Of a DNA stretch of 64,000 nucleotides, positions 9,693 through 18,988 are shown piece after piece. Position 1 is the stretch's first letter. Every line of letters begins with the position of its first letter. Where the stretch lies: assembly GCA_903856085.1 (NCBI GenBank), contig CAIOAT010000013.1, forward strand, positions 39,430 to 103,429. The letters run 5' to 3'. Position numbers and translations under genes: made by a program. The DNA comes from Candidatus Omnitrophota bacterium (lineage in GTDB: Bacteria; Omnitrophota; Omnitrophia; Omnitrophales; Aquincolibacteriaceae). Under the pieces are notes generated by a model. The model ran no database searches, was not told the DNA's origin, and saw nothing but the letters and a program-made list of their open reading frames with translations.

Positions 9693-9998
9693 TTACATCT
9701 TTACTTCTTTCAACGCTTCTTTCTCTTCCACCTTGATATCCTTAACAGCTTCTTTTGCTTCCGCTTTTACTTCCGCGGTTTCTTCCTTTGCTTCGGCCTT
9801 GATGTCCTTGGCGGTCGCCGGAGCGGAAAGCTCTTTCACTTCAACGGCCTCGCCTACCACATCACCGGTCGCCGCATTTTCCGCCACAACAACCGTTTCA
9901 TCGACAGCAACGGGTTCCTGCTGTTGAGCGGCAAACGCAAAAGCCGGGCAAAGCATCAACGCCACTACGAAAAGACTTACCACTGATTTACTCTTCAT
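9693..9998 (-). CDS. small secreted low-complexity protein (signal peptide; Lys/Glu/Ala-rich repeats AEAKEETAEVKAEAKEAVKDIK)
   Basis: Signal peptide MKSKSVVSLFVVALMLCPAFAFA followed by a KEA-rich repetitive tail. No recognizable family. Confidence 0.5.
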   Translation of the reverse strand: MKSKSVVSLFVVALMLCPAFAFAAQQQEPVAVDETVVVAENAATGDVVGEAVEVKELSAPATAKDIKAEAKEETAEVKAEAKEAVKDIKVEEKEALKEVKM

Positions 9999-10427
9999 AT
10001 CCTTAAATCTCCTTTTTGTGCTACTTTTTCGCGGCGCAGCCCAGATCTTCTTGGGTTTGTGTGAGGCGGTACTGCACCATCACTCGAAATCTCCCTCATT
10101 TCGCCTGGGTATAAAAAAAACGCCTTCAAGTTCCAAGCAATACCCTGCACCTGCAGGCCATCACTTAAAACCAAAGACGTTGTTTAGCGTTTACTTTCCA
10201 CGTCACCGAGAGGCTTAAGGCCTTCCGGTGCTACCCTTTCAAAACTTCGGGGTTCTTTCGGGTTTCACCTCACTGTTGTTTTCGACTGTTACCAAAAGTG
10301 TACGTTGGAAAACGTTCCCTGTCAAATGGGCTAGGCCTTTTTTCAATCTAATCTGCCAGGGGATTTTGATGCGCCAAAAAGGATCATAAAAACCACAAGT
10401 CGTTGATAATAAAAGAGATGGAGATGC

Positions 10428-12065
10428 TCAAATCTTTCTTTTATCCGAGACCCAGAATTCCATTCTTTTATTGAGCATGAGCCGTGTCTGGGCATCCAAA
10501 GCGGGCATCGCGCTCAGAAAAACAAGAATGAAAGGAACGAGGAACCACTCTAATCCATGGATCAAAGTCCAGAAGAACGAGAACCTTTTCTTCTTTTTTG
10601 GAAGGAGCCAAAGACTCATGATGATGGTCCCCAAGAGAGCGATTGTGGAGAGTCCAAAGATCGCCTGGGTAAACCGGCCCGCATTGTAATAAAGAACGGT
10701 GTTCGAAAATTCATTGCCCGCGGAGATCGCGGGAAGCCATCCAACAAAGGTCAGCAAGAATGGCAGGGCCGCCCAAGTAACCTGACCCTCAAAAAGCTTG
10801 AAGCCGTGCTGAAGTTTGTCGGAAAAGGATATTTTTTTATTCACAAGGAATCCGCGCATCACAAGCGGGAAATTCTCCACACCCCACGCCCACCGCCTTT
10901 TTTGCTTGTAAAGACTCCCCACGGTCCCCCACCACGAGCCGGCATCCACGATATCCATAGACAGAGTCGTTGGCATCGGAACGACCTGATAGTGCCCATC
11001 GAAATAGAGGTAGGACTTCCAAAAGATCCCGGAATCTTCCGAGATCATGTCCGTCGACCAATACCCCACGTCCACGAGCGCTTTAAAACTCATGCTATGG
11101 CTTGAGAACGTCACAAGTCTTTCCGGATCGGTGGTCTCGATCAGCTGAAAAAAAGAAGAACCGGTCTCGATCACGCGCGCGAACCCGGGCACTTCCCAGA
11201 TATTGTTATGAAAAACAGGGATGGGCTGAAAACTCGCCCGGTGCCGGTCAGGGCAATTCATAAAACAATAGGTCAGACAGGCAAAGTAATCGGGACCCAC
11301 GACCGTGTCCGCATCAAAACAAGAAACGATCACATTCTCGAACGGGATCTTGTTCTCTTCAAAATACTTCGCCGCAGCTCTCGCGGCATAACTCGCATTC
11401 GCACCTTTCACTCGGGCCTCCCCGGGAAGACCATCCGGATGCTCCACCACAAGGAACCCCATGAACCGGTCACGATACTCGCCCGCGATCCGCGTCATCC
11501 CTTCTCTCACGGACTGCTCGGCCCTTGCTTCCACCGCTAGCGTGATGATCGTCTGCCGGGCAAAAGCCTTATTTTGGGCGACACTCAAGACGTTCGCCGC
11601 CACCACCGACGGAGATTCTTTTACGACGGGGATCACCACTAAATGGAAGATCTCCGAGGATTGCGGCACGATGTCCCCTGATTTTTCCAGTCGTTCCAGA
11701 TCTTTCTGATGCGTCCAATGAGAGATTCGTTTATACCAGTCTTTCTCACGACACGCCTTGCGGGTTTCTCCAAGATAAGCATCGAAGCGATCCATCCCGC
11801 GGATCCTTGCCAGCCAATCCGTGTCCTTTTCGATCGAAAGTCTGACATAGGAAAGAAGAAGAAAGATCGTCAGATAAAAAAGCCGTAGGACCCAGGCTAA
11901 CATAAAAGCGATCACAGCGATTGCGGCAACCAGGGGCGCCCAGATCGAAAGCGCCACCAGCCCCAGGATCAAGGTCCAACTGGTCAGGCCCGGAAGCGTT
12001 TCGAAGAAACGCTGCAGGATAATTTCTTTTTTGCTCAACCCCTGACGCGAATAACGGAATTTCAT
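10428..12065 (-). CDS. membrane-embedded processive family-2 glycosyltransferase (polysaccharide synthase; DxD and Q-x-x-R-W motifs)
   Basis: Two N-terminal transmembrane helices, a GT-A core with CFDADT (DxD) and KQKRRWAWG (QxxRW), then four or more C-terminal helices. This topology resembles cellulose, chitin and hyaluronan synthases. There is no PilZ domain. Confidence 0.8.
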   Translation of the reverse strand: MKFRYSRQGLSKKEIILQRFFETLPGLTSWTLILGLVALSIWAPLVAAIAVIAFMLAWVLRLFYLTIFLLLSYVRLSIEKDTDWLARIRGMDRFDAYLGETRKACREKDWYKRISHWTHQKDLERLEKSGDIVPQSSEIFHLVVIPVVKESPSVVAANVLSVAQNKAFARQTIITLAVEARAEQSVREGMTRIAGEYRDRFMGFLVVEHPDGLPGEARVKGANASYAARAAAKYFEENKIPFENVIVSCFDADTVVGPDYFACLTYCFMNCPDRHRASFQPIPVFHNNIWEVPGFARVIETGSSFFQLIETTDPERLVTFSSHSMSFKALVDVGYWSTDMISEDSGIFWKSYLYFDGHYQVVPMPTTLSMDIVDAGSWWGTVGSLYKQKRRWAWGVENFPLVMRGFLVNKKISFSDKLQHGFKLFEGQVTWAALPFLLTFVGWLPAISAGNEFSNTVLYYNAGRFTQAIFGLSTIALLGTIIMSLWLLPKKKKRFSFFWTLIHGLEWFLVPFILVFLSAMPALDAQTRLMLNKRMEFWVSDKRKI

Positions 12066-13519
12066 TTTATCGCCCCCTGGGTTTCTTTTTCCAATTCATT
12101 GATCACGCCGGAAAAGGTGATCCCCTCCGGAAGAATATCCGCAGCCACAAGCTCGCCCCTGGAGGGTTCCAGATAATAAAGTCTTCCGGTTTTTTCAGCA
12201 TAAAAAACCTCGCTCCGCGCCCGCACACTCACGAGCTTCTCCAGGGGAATGTCCCGCTCCCCCATCCGTGCGAGAAATATTTTATCGTCATCGCAGAACA
12301 GGACATACGCGGCATCATAGACAAAATAGGCCTGGCGGATGTTCTTTCCCTTCTCAAAAAGCCACTCGATCTCGGGCCCACGCTCAAAAAATTCTTTTTT
12401 TCGTTCCGGTTTTTCAAAATCCAGAACCCCGACCCGCTCCCCCTGCCACAACACGACCTTCCTTCCCCCCGCATCGGTCTGATATCCCCGCACCCCTCCG
12501 TCCACAAAACGGTAGGGCAGCGCGTTTGAAAAAAGTTCTCCGCGGTCTCCGTAGAAACAGATCGTATGATTTGAAATAAAATCGATCTTATATTTCATCT
12601 CTCCCCTGAAAAGATTTTCGAGAAAAATGCCTTTTTCCACCAGGGACTCTTCTCCTCTTTTGGCGTTGAAACCCAACCGGACAATCGAGGACCCGCAAAG
12701 AGCATAAACTTTGCTCCTAAAAAGCCCGAAACCCCGGATCTTTGAAAGGAAATCCGAAAGCACTGTCATCTTTTCAAGGTCCAATCGTGAAAGATCCTGG
12801 CCCAACAACGCGAAAAGATAATCGGGATGGCTACCCTCCCACGAGATCTCGTCTGGCTCTCCCCCTGTAAAAAGGATCGAGAGATCCTTCGCTTCCGATT
12901 TTTCTTTATCAAGCTGGCACCCCAGGAATTTCATGCCCCCGGAAGTCTTCACCTGAAGAATAATGAAGGAACTCTCTTTGACCTTGAAAACCCTGACGAG
13001 TTTTGCTTCCGCGAACGAAGATGTTTCGGGGAGGACTGAACGAGAAACTTCATTCTTCCAGTCAAAAACCTTCAGATCTCCGGCACGCTCCCCACTTTTA
13101 AGAAGCAGAAAATGTGTCCCGGAAACAGTCCAAAGGTCTTCGAAGGGCGCGGCGACCAAGGTCCGGATCTTGACACTTTGAGGAACCAACAAAACTTTTT
13201 CAAAGTTAACGGCCTTCCCCGACTCCACTTTCACCTTCCGTTCCCAAGCCCTATGATCGCGCAAAAGGATCTTCACATCGTACTGTCCAGGAAGAAGGTT
13301 CCGGATCGTGGCGGGCGTCCTTTCCGCGTAGCGTCTCTTCGCAATCAAAATGGAAGCATTCACGGGAAGCGTCTCGATATGGATCAGTCCCGTCTTGGCA
13401 AATCCTTCTTCGACCTTGGGCGTGAAGATATAGCCGAACGCATAGAGGATAATGATCGGGCACAGAGCAAGATAGAGCGCAAGAAAAAGATAAAAAAGGA
13501 TCTTCCGGAAAATAATCAT
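12062..13519 (-). CDS. membrane-anchored PEGA-domain protein, putative partner subunit of the adjacent GT2 synthase
   Basis: An N-terminal transmembrane helix is followed by a PEGA-like segment (TLPVNASILIAKRRYAERTPATIRNLLPGQYDVKI) and about 380 aa of unknown fold. Its stop overlaps the synthase start by 4 nt, indicating translational coupling. Confidence 0.55.
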   Translation of the reverse strand: MIIFRKILFYLFLALYLALCPIIILYAFGYIFTPKVEEGFAKTGLIHIETLPVNASILIAKRRYAERTPATIRNLLPGQYDVKILLRDHRAWERKVKVESGKAVNFEKVLLVPQSVKIRTLVAAPFEDLWTVSGTHFLLLKSGERAGDLKVFDWKNEVSRSVLPETSSFAEAKLVRVFKVKESSFIILQVKTSGGMKFLGCQLDKEKSEAKDLSILFTGGEPDEISWEGSHPDYLFALLGQDLSRLDLEKMTVLSDFLSKIRGFGLFRSKVYALCGSSIVRLGFNAKRGEESLVEKGIFLENLFRGEMKYKIDFISNHTICFYGDRGELFSNALPYRFVDGGVRGYQTDAGGRKVVLWQGERVGVLDFEKPERKKEFFERGPEIEWLFEKGKNIRQAYFVYDAAYVLFCDDDKIFLARMGERDIPLEKLVSVRARSEVFYAEKTGRLYYLEPSRGELVAADILPEGITFSGVINELEKETQGAIK

Positions 13520-13636
13520 GGCAGCACATTATGCCATAAGGCGTCCTTGTCGTTCCCTTCTTTTTTAAAATGGTCGACAAGGACAGCACGCCCCTATCGG
13601 CGAAAGCTTAAAGCTGTGGGGATAGGCTCGAAGGAA

Positions 13637-15115
13637 TCAGACGCCCGAAGCCGGGAATGAAACCGTGAACTCCGCACCATGGCCCAGAAGGCTCGCGACC
13701 TCAATCTTTCCTCTATGGACCTCCGCAATCCAGCGGCAAAGCCCCAACCCGATCCCCGTGGAGGGAATCCCTTCTGCAGAATTCTGGGGACTGAAAAATT
13801 TATCGAAGATCTTCGTCATATCTTCCGCAAGAATCCCCTTCCCAGTATCTCTCACGATCAAAAGAGACTGTCCCCCGCGCCGAACAGCCTCAAGCGTTAC
13901 TCGACCCTCTGAGGGCGTATGTTTGATCGCATTCTCTAGAAGATTGGCGATAAGGCGTTCCAAGAGCCTTCTTTCTCCCTGGATCCGGACCGATCTTTCC
14001 GCTGCGACTTGAAGCGAGATATTTTTTTCGCGAACAATCTGATCAAAACTCTGTGCCACGGAGCGGATCAACGCTTCCAACTCCAAGACCTCCCACTGTA
14101 CCGCCAATTCCCCATCCTCCGCGTGTGCCACCGCCAGCAACTGCTCCACCACATGTGCCATGTCATTGACCACATGAAGCTGATTGCGAAGCACTCGTTC
14201 ATATTCCTCATCAGTCCGGGATTTACGAAGAACAAGTTCTATTTCCCCTTTCATCACGGTCAGAGGCGTACGAAGTTCATGCGAAGCCGCAGCGCTGAAC
14301 TGACGCAACCTTTTGAAACCGCGTTCGAAACGATCGAGCATCTCATTGAAGGTAACACCCAGCCCTTGCAATTCATCTCCTGTTTTTGGCACTTCAATGC
14401 GCTGATGAAGTCGTGATTCACTCATCTGCCGGGCTTCGCGAATCATTTTTCCGACGGGACGCAGCGCAAGACTCGCCAAAAACCATCCGATCACACTGGC
14501 CAAGATCGCGGTCGACGGAATCAGCCAAAGCAACCAGCTTCTCAAACGTTCCAGCGAGGCGTCTGTCTGGAGAAGGGATATCGCCACTTGTACAAAATAA
14601 AGCGAGCGACTCTTTTCAAGAATAGGATACGTCGCTATACGCACTCGATGGCCGTCAGCAACACGATAGGTCTCATAAAACGTCTTTCCAGAACTCGCCC
14701 CCTGGAGCGTCTGAGCATTGACGGGGATCACCCAATTCGCCAAGCTTGGGGAAAAAGCCAATGTTTCGCCCTTTTTGGAAATAATGCGAACAGGACGAAC
14801 GGTATCCAGTTCATCCGTCACCTCGGCCCATCGCCCGACAAGCGCCGGAAATTCTCCACGGGTAACATTTTCAAGAAAAATTTCCGCGATCTTATCCTGA
14901 GAAGAAATGTTCGGATTTTTAGCCACAACTTCGGCTTTCCCAAAAGATTCGATAGCATCCCCAACCCCATCCGCCTCGGAAATCAATAATCGATCGACAT
15001 CCCGAACAAGGTTGGACCGAACATTGGTGTAAAGCACCCCCCCGAACAGAGAGAGGATCACGATCAAGATCGCGGCATACCAAAGAGTCAGAGAAAAGCG
15101 GATGGAGCGGATCAT
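13637..15115 (-). CDS. sensor histidine kinase (2 transmembrane helices, periplasmic sensor, HAMP, HisKA, HATPase_c)
   Basis: H-box AAASHELRTPLTVMKGEIE, and N/G boxes LIANLLENAIKHT and DTGKGI...GIGLGL. There is a periplasmic loop of about 160 aa. It overlaps the response regulator gene by 4 nt. Confidence 0.85.
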   Translation of the reverse strand: MIRSIRFSLTLWYAAILIVILSLFGGVLYTNVRSNLVRDVDRLLISEADGVGDAIESFGKAEVVAKNPNISSQDKIAEIFLENVTRGEFPALVGRWAEVTDELDTVRPVRIISKKGETLAFSPSLANWVIPVNAQTLQGASSGKTFYETYRVADGHRVRIATYPILEKSRSLYFVQVAISLLQTDASLERLRSWLLWLIPSTAILASVIGWFLASLALRPVGKMIREARQMSESRLHQRIEVPKTGDELQGLGVTFNEMLDRFERGFKRLRQFSAAASHELRTPLTVMKGEIELVLRKSRTDEEYERVLRNQLHVVNDMAHVVEQLLAVAHAEDGELAVQWEVLELEALIRSVAQSFDQIVREKNISLQVAAERSVRIQGERRLLERLIANLLENAIKHTPSEGRVTLEAVRRGGQSLLIVRDTGKGILAEDMTKIFDKFFSPQNSAEGIPSTGIGLGLCRWIAEVHRGKIEVASLLGHGAEFTVSFPASGV

Positions 15116-15792
15116 TCTATTTCAGGGATCTGGAGGATGTAACCCTTCCCGCGCACGGTCTCCAGAAGTTTCGGTAAAAAGCCGTCGTTGATCTTTTGCC
15201 GCAATCTCGCGATATGGACATCGATGACATTAGAAAATGTATCAAAATCAGCTTCCCACACATGTTCCGAAAGCTTGGTTCGTGTCACAATCTCGTTGGG
15301 ATGGCGCAGAAAAAATTCGAGGAGGTCATATTCCCGGTTCGTCAGATCAAGGTCTTTGCCACCGCGCCGCACCCGGTGTTTCAGGGTGTCCATTTGAAGA
15401 TCTCCTGCGGTAAGTACCGTCGGGACCATGTCTCCTCGGCGCCTGAGCAGCGCACGGACGCGTGCCAACAGTTCCTCGAAACCAAAAGGCTTGGTCAGAT
15501 AATCATCCGCCCCCGCGTTCAACCCTTCTACTTTATCCTTGGGTTTATCCTTCGCGGTCAAGATCAAGACCGGCGTGCCACACTTGGACCCACGAAGCGT
15601 TCGCAAAACCTCCATCCCGTCCTTTTTGGGCAGCATGAGATCCAAAATGATGAGGTCATATTCGATGGTCTGGGCCATAAAAAGCGCCTTTTCACCGTCC
15701 GCAGCCATATCCACGGCATACTGTTCTTCCCGTAGGCCTCGGCGGACAAAACTAGCAACGCGGCTGTCATCTTCAGCCAAAAGAATGCGCAT
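15112..15792 (-). CDS. OmpR/PhoB-family DNA-binding response regulator
   Basis: Receiver domain (MRILLAEDD...DLIILDLMLPKKDG...LILTAKD) plus a winged-helix output domain (LTNREYDLLEFFLRHPNEIVTR...RGKGY). Confidence 0.9.
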   Translation of the reverse strand: MRILLAEDDSRVASFVRRGLREEQYAVDMAADGEKALFMAQTIEYDLIILDLMLPKKDGMEVLRTLRGSKCGTPVLILTAKDKPKDKVEGLNAGADDYLTKPFGFEELLARVRALLRRRGDMVPTVLTAGDLQMDTLKHRVRRGGKDLDLTNREYDLLEFFLRHPNEIVTRTKLSEHVWEADFDTFSNVIDVHIARLRQKINDGFLPKLLETVRGKGYILQIPEIE

Positions 15793-15931
15793 CAGAACCT
15801 CTTTGGGTGAATCGTTTCAAGAAACGAAGCTCTATCCTAGATTGCAAAATCTTATCACTAAATCCAAAGACAAAGACAAATAAATCATTCAAGAAAACAG
15901 GCAGGCCTGATTCAACTACGCGCTAAAAAAC

Positions 15932-15964
15932 AAAGGGAGCCGCCCTTTTCAGGCAACTCCCTTT
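15932..15964 (-). terminator. Rho-independent terminator of the small ORF at 16003-16179 (stem AAAGGGAG/CTCCCTTT, U-tract on minus strand)
   Basis: The minus strand reads aaagggag-ttgcctgaaaagggcgg-ctcccttt-gtttttt, immediately 3' of the small ORF stop. Confidence 0.5.
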
Positions 15965-16002
15965 GCGCCAACACAGTATCCGAAAAGTTTTCGGATAGGT
16001 CC

Positions 16003-16179
16003 TTATGACACCTTCTTCGCTTCAACAACCGTGCCGCCTAAAGCTTTGCAGGCATCGACGGTCCTGACCCATTTCGCTTTTCCATTCACGCTACATTCCA
16101 CGCGCTTAGCGGGCATCGCGGCATAAGCAGCAGTTCCAGCGACCATCAACATGAGCGCAATCATGAGCATCTTTTTCAT
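16003..16179 (-). CDS. 58-aa secreted small protein (MKKMLMIALMLMVAGTAAYAAMPAKRVECSVNGKAKWVRTVDACKALGGTVVEAKKVS), below the ORF-track length cutoff
   Basis: ATG at 16179 with GGAGA 7 nt upstream. It has a signal peptide with an A-Y-A cleavage motif, two cysteines, and its own terminator downstream. Confidence 0.4.
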   Translation of the reverse strand: MKKMLMIALMLMVAGTAAYAAMPAKRVECSVNGKAKWVRTVDACKALGGTVVEAKKVS

Positions 16180-16480
16180 CGTGTTTCTCCTTTGTTAAAT
16201 CGTTTTTCAATTTTTATCTTCGATCTTCCGCTTACGAACCTAAGGGCCCGGCATCGATCTCCGATTTATGATAGAAGTATAGCCCTTCCGACATTACGAA
16301 AAGATGAATCCAACATTACATTTTCTTCATCTTCCAACCAAGTCCTGACCTTCCCTTCAATGGCGACTTGACGGCCTTCGCCTCAGCTTGCTTCCTCTGA
16401 GCATGGTCAAAGACGGCCCCAGCCTTCATTTCTTTTTCCAGTGTAAAGACGCGCGAACCCTCTGCCGATGTCTTAAGGCC

Positions 16481-17113
16481 ATGATAAACTCTCTTGATTT
16501 CGCGATCCTTTCTTTCACTTCCCTTTTTGTCATTGTGGACCCAGTCGGGCTCATCCCTGCCTTTTTAGCCATGACTCAAAAAAACACCAGCCAGGAACGA
16601 GTCCGCATGGCCCAGCTAGCTTCCCTCATCACGTTCGGCATTCTGATCCTGAGCTTCTTGTTCGGTCAGCGGCTTCTTACAGCGTTCGGGATCACACTTC
16701 CAGCCTTTGAGATTGCCGGAGGCATTGTGCTCCTTCTGGTAGCGTTGGACATGCTCCAAGCGCGCCGCACAGCCCTCAAAGAAACCCAAGAAGAAAAAGC
16801 AGAAGGCATTACCAAGGAAGATGTCGCCGTCACCCCCATGGCCATCCCCATGCTTGCGGGCCCCGGAGCCATTACCGCGGTTATTCTGTTGACAAACAAG
16901 GCTGAAACATTCTCACAACATATGATCTTGGCAGGCGCTATCTTTCTTGTCTCGGCGCTGACACTCCTGATCCTCTGGACCGTTGCCGTCCGTTCCAAAA
17001 TACTCAGCGTGATCGCCCTCAAGATTACGGGGCGCCTCATGGGTCTCATCCTCGCCGCGATCGCAGTTCAGTTCATTCTGAACGGCGTCCTGGCAGCCCG
17101 TCTTTTCAGCTAG
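16481..17113 (+). CDS. marC: MarC family (UPF0056) integral membrane protein
   Basis: MINSLDFAILSFTSLFVIVDPVGLIPAFLAM... is the typical MarC N-terminus, with six transmembrane helices. The ATG at 16481 has AAGG 6 nt upstream; the ORF track begins at 16388. Confidence 0.8.
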   Translation: MINSLDFAILSFTSLFVIVDPVGLIPAFLAMTQKNTSQERVRMAQLASLITFGILILSFLFGQRLLTAFGITLPAFEIAGGIVLLLVALDMLQARRTALKETQEEKAEGITKEDVAVTPMAIPMLAGPGAITAVILLTNKAETFSQHMILAGAIFLVSALTLLILWTVAVRSKILSVIALKITGRLMGLILAAIAVQFILNGVLAARLFS

Positions 17114-17232
17114 CTCAAGAAAAATCCTCTCAGACCCCTTGTGTCTCCAGCACTTTGCGTATATACTTCGAAGCGTTAATAGTTAATAGATTGAACCATT
17201 CTGACACGCCGACGACGCCGGAGATTTAAACC

Positions 17233-17682
17233 ATGGGTGAACGAGAAGCCTTCGCAGCAAGTTTCAGGGAACTCCATCCCAAGTTCTCCCGCATGTACGC
17301 CCAAATGCTCACCCGGGTCGATCTGACGCTGCCCCAATACACCCTTCTTTATCAACTGATGCTCTTGGGTACCGTTTCCATGACCGAAATCAGCGGCCGC
17401 CTCGAGATCACCAAACCGGCTGTCACGAACCTGGTGGACCGCCTAGAAGAAAAAAAATTCCTCAAACGCATTCCCCACACCAAAGACCGGCGCGTCATCT
17501 TGCTTGAGATCCTTCCCAGGGGAGAAAAGATCATCACGGAGATCCAGGGACGAAGCCTGGACCTTCTCCTGAAGGCCTACGATCAATTCAATGGGAAAGA
17601 ACACCAAGTGATCCGTTGTTTCTACGCAACGGTCTCAAAAGTCATGGATGATTTTTTGTTGAGGTCTAAAAATGAGGACTAG
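17233..17682 (+). CDS. MarR family transcriptional regulator
   Basis: Winged HTH: LTLPQYTLLYQLMLLGTVSMTEISGRLEITKPAVTNLVDRLEEKKFLKRIPHTKDRRVILLEI. Located directly upstream of the efflux genes. Confidence 0.85.
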   Translation: MGEREAFAASFRELHPKFSRMYAQMLTRVDLTLPQYTLLYQLMLLGTVSMTEISGRLEITKPAVTNLVDRLEEKKFLKRIPHTKDRRVILLEILPRGEKIITEIQGRSLDLLLKAYDQFNGKEHQVIRCFYATVSKVMDDFLLRSKNED

Positions 17683-18988
17683 AAACTTCCTGATTTTCTG
17701 TCTTACACTTTTCGTTTCATTTTTGCCATTTGCTCAGTCCCGTGAAAGCACTTCCCCTGTCCCTGCGGCTGAAACAGATTCTCTTTCCCTGGAAGAATGC
17801 TACCACCTCGCCCTTGTCCAAAGCGAAATCGTGGGCATCCAGAAAGAAGCCATCTCCCGCGCCACGGCGCAAATATTCAATGCGGCAAGCCAGGGACTCG
17901 GCAATGTGGATTTCATCATTGATCGCACGTTTCAGGATGGCCAAAGCGGCAACTTGAGTGTGAGTAGTCCGTCTGGAAGCGCCCCAGTGAGTTCTAACGT
18001 ACACGAAAGCAAATTCACGATCAGCCAGCCGCTTTTCCAGGGTTTTAAGGCTATCGGCGCTTTGACGGGCGCCGGAAGCTATAAACAGGAGCAAACGGAA
18101 GCATGGATCCGCGCCAAGGAGCTTCTTTATACGGATGTGGCTCGCGCTTTTTATAACGTCCTGCGCTATGAGAAAGAGATCGAGATCAACCAAGGCATTC
18201 GCGAACTTCTTCAGGAACGAATTAAAGAGCTGGAAGGGCGCGAAAAAATCGGCCGCTCCCGTGTAAGCGAAGTGATCACGGCCAAAACCAATCTTAAAAT
18301 ACTTGAGGCGGACCTGGCCGCCTCTCAGGGAGCCCTTGCCACGGTCCGTTATATGTTGGAATTCCTAACCGGAACCGAACTTGGGGAGCGCAAACTTGAA
18401 GAAGAAACCTCGGAAGAGGTCTCATCGCAAACGCTTACCGAGCATCTCAAAATGGCCGCGACACGATCCGACGTTAAAGCCGCGGAACAAGCGGTCAAGA
18501 CCGCTTGGCGCGGCATCCTGGTCGCCCAAAGCGGATTCTGGCCTACGCTCACACTCAATCACAATCAATACATGCGCCGCGAAGGCACTTTAGCAAATCT
18601 GGATTGGGACACGCTTTTCAGGTTCGACGTCCCTCTTTTCTCAGGCGGTGAGACCATCGGACAGGTAAAAGATTCCGTAAGCATCCTAAAACAGAAAAAA
18701 CTTTCTTTTACTCTCGCCAGACGCCAGGCCGAACTCGATATCAAGCAAAGCTATCAGATCTGGCTTTCTGCTAAAGAAACAAATGCTCTCTTAATGGAGG
18801 CGGTCCGAGATGCCCAGAAAAATTACGAGATCCAGTCCGAGGAATACACCCGCAGTCTCGTCAGCAATCTGGATGTCCTCGCAGCCCTGGAATCTCTTCA
18901 TAATGCCCGGCAGCGCCAGAACCTGACCTATTATGTAATGAAACAAGATGAGGCGGCCTTCCGGGTCGCCGTCGGAGAAGTGTCATGA
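17672..18988 (+). CDS. TolC-like outer membrane efflux protein (outer membrane factor)
   Basis: Signal peptide and two OEP repeats (LSLEECYHLALVQSEIVGIQKE...; ...AAEQAVKTAWRGILVAQSGFWPTLTL). It overlaps the RND permease gene by 4 nt. Confidence 0.8.
   Translation: MRTRNFLIFCLTLFVSFLPFAQSRESTSPVPAAETDSLSLEECYHLALVQSEIVGIQKEAISRATAQIFNAASQGLGNVDFIIDRTFQDGQSGNLSVSSPSGSAPVSSNVHESKFTISQPLFQGFKAIGALTGAGSYKQEQTEAWIRAKELLYTDVARAFYNVLRYEKEIEINQGIRELLQERIKELEGREKIGRSRVSEVITAKTNLKILEADLAASQGALATVRYMLEFLTGTELGERKLEEETSEEVSSQTLTEHLKMAATRSDVKAAEQAVKTAWRGILVAQSGFWPTLTLNHNQYMRREGTLANLDWDTLFRFDVPLFSGGETIGQVKDSVSILKQKKLSFTLARRQAELDIKQSYQIWLSAKETNALLMEAVRDAQKNYEIQSEEYTRSLVSNLDVLAALESLHNARQRQNLTYYVMKQDEAAFRVAVGEVS

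Noticed and set aside
9999-10427. 430-bp non-coding spacer with small ORF 10018..10218
   Set aside because: The small ORF has no ribosome-binding site or family. The spacer is probably the promoter and leader of the KEA-rich secreted-protein gene. I could not verify a structured RNA by eye, and it needs an Rfam scan.
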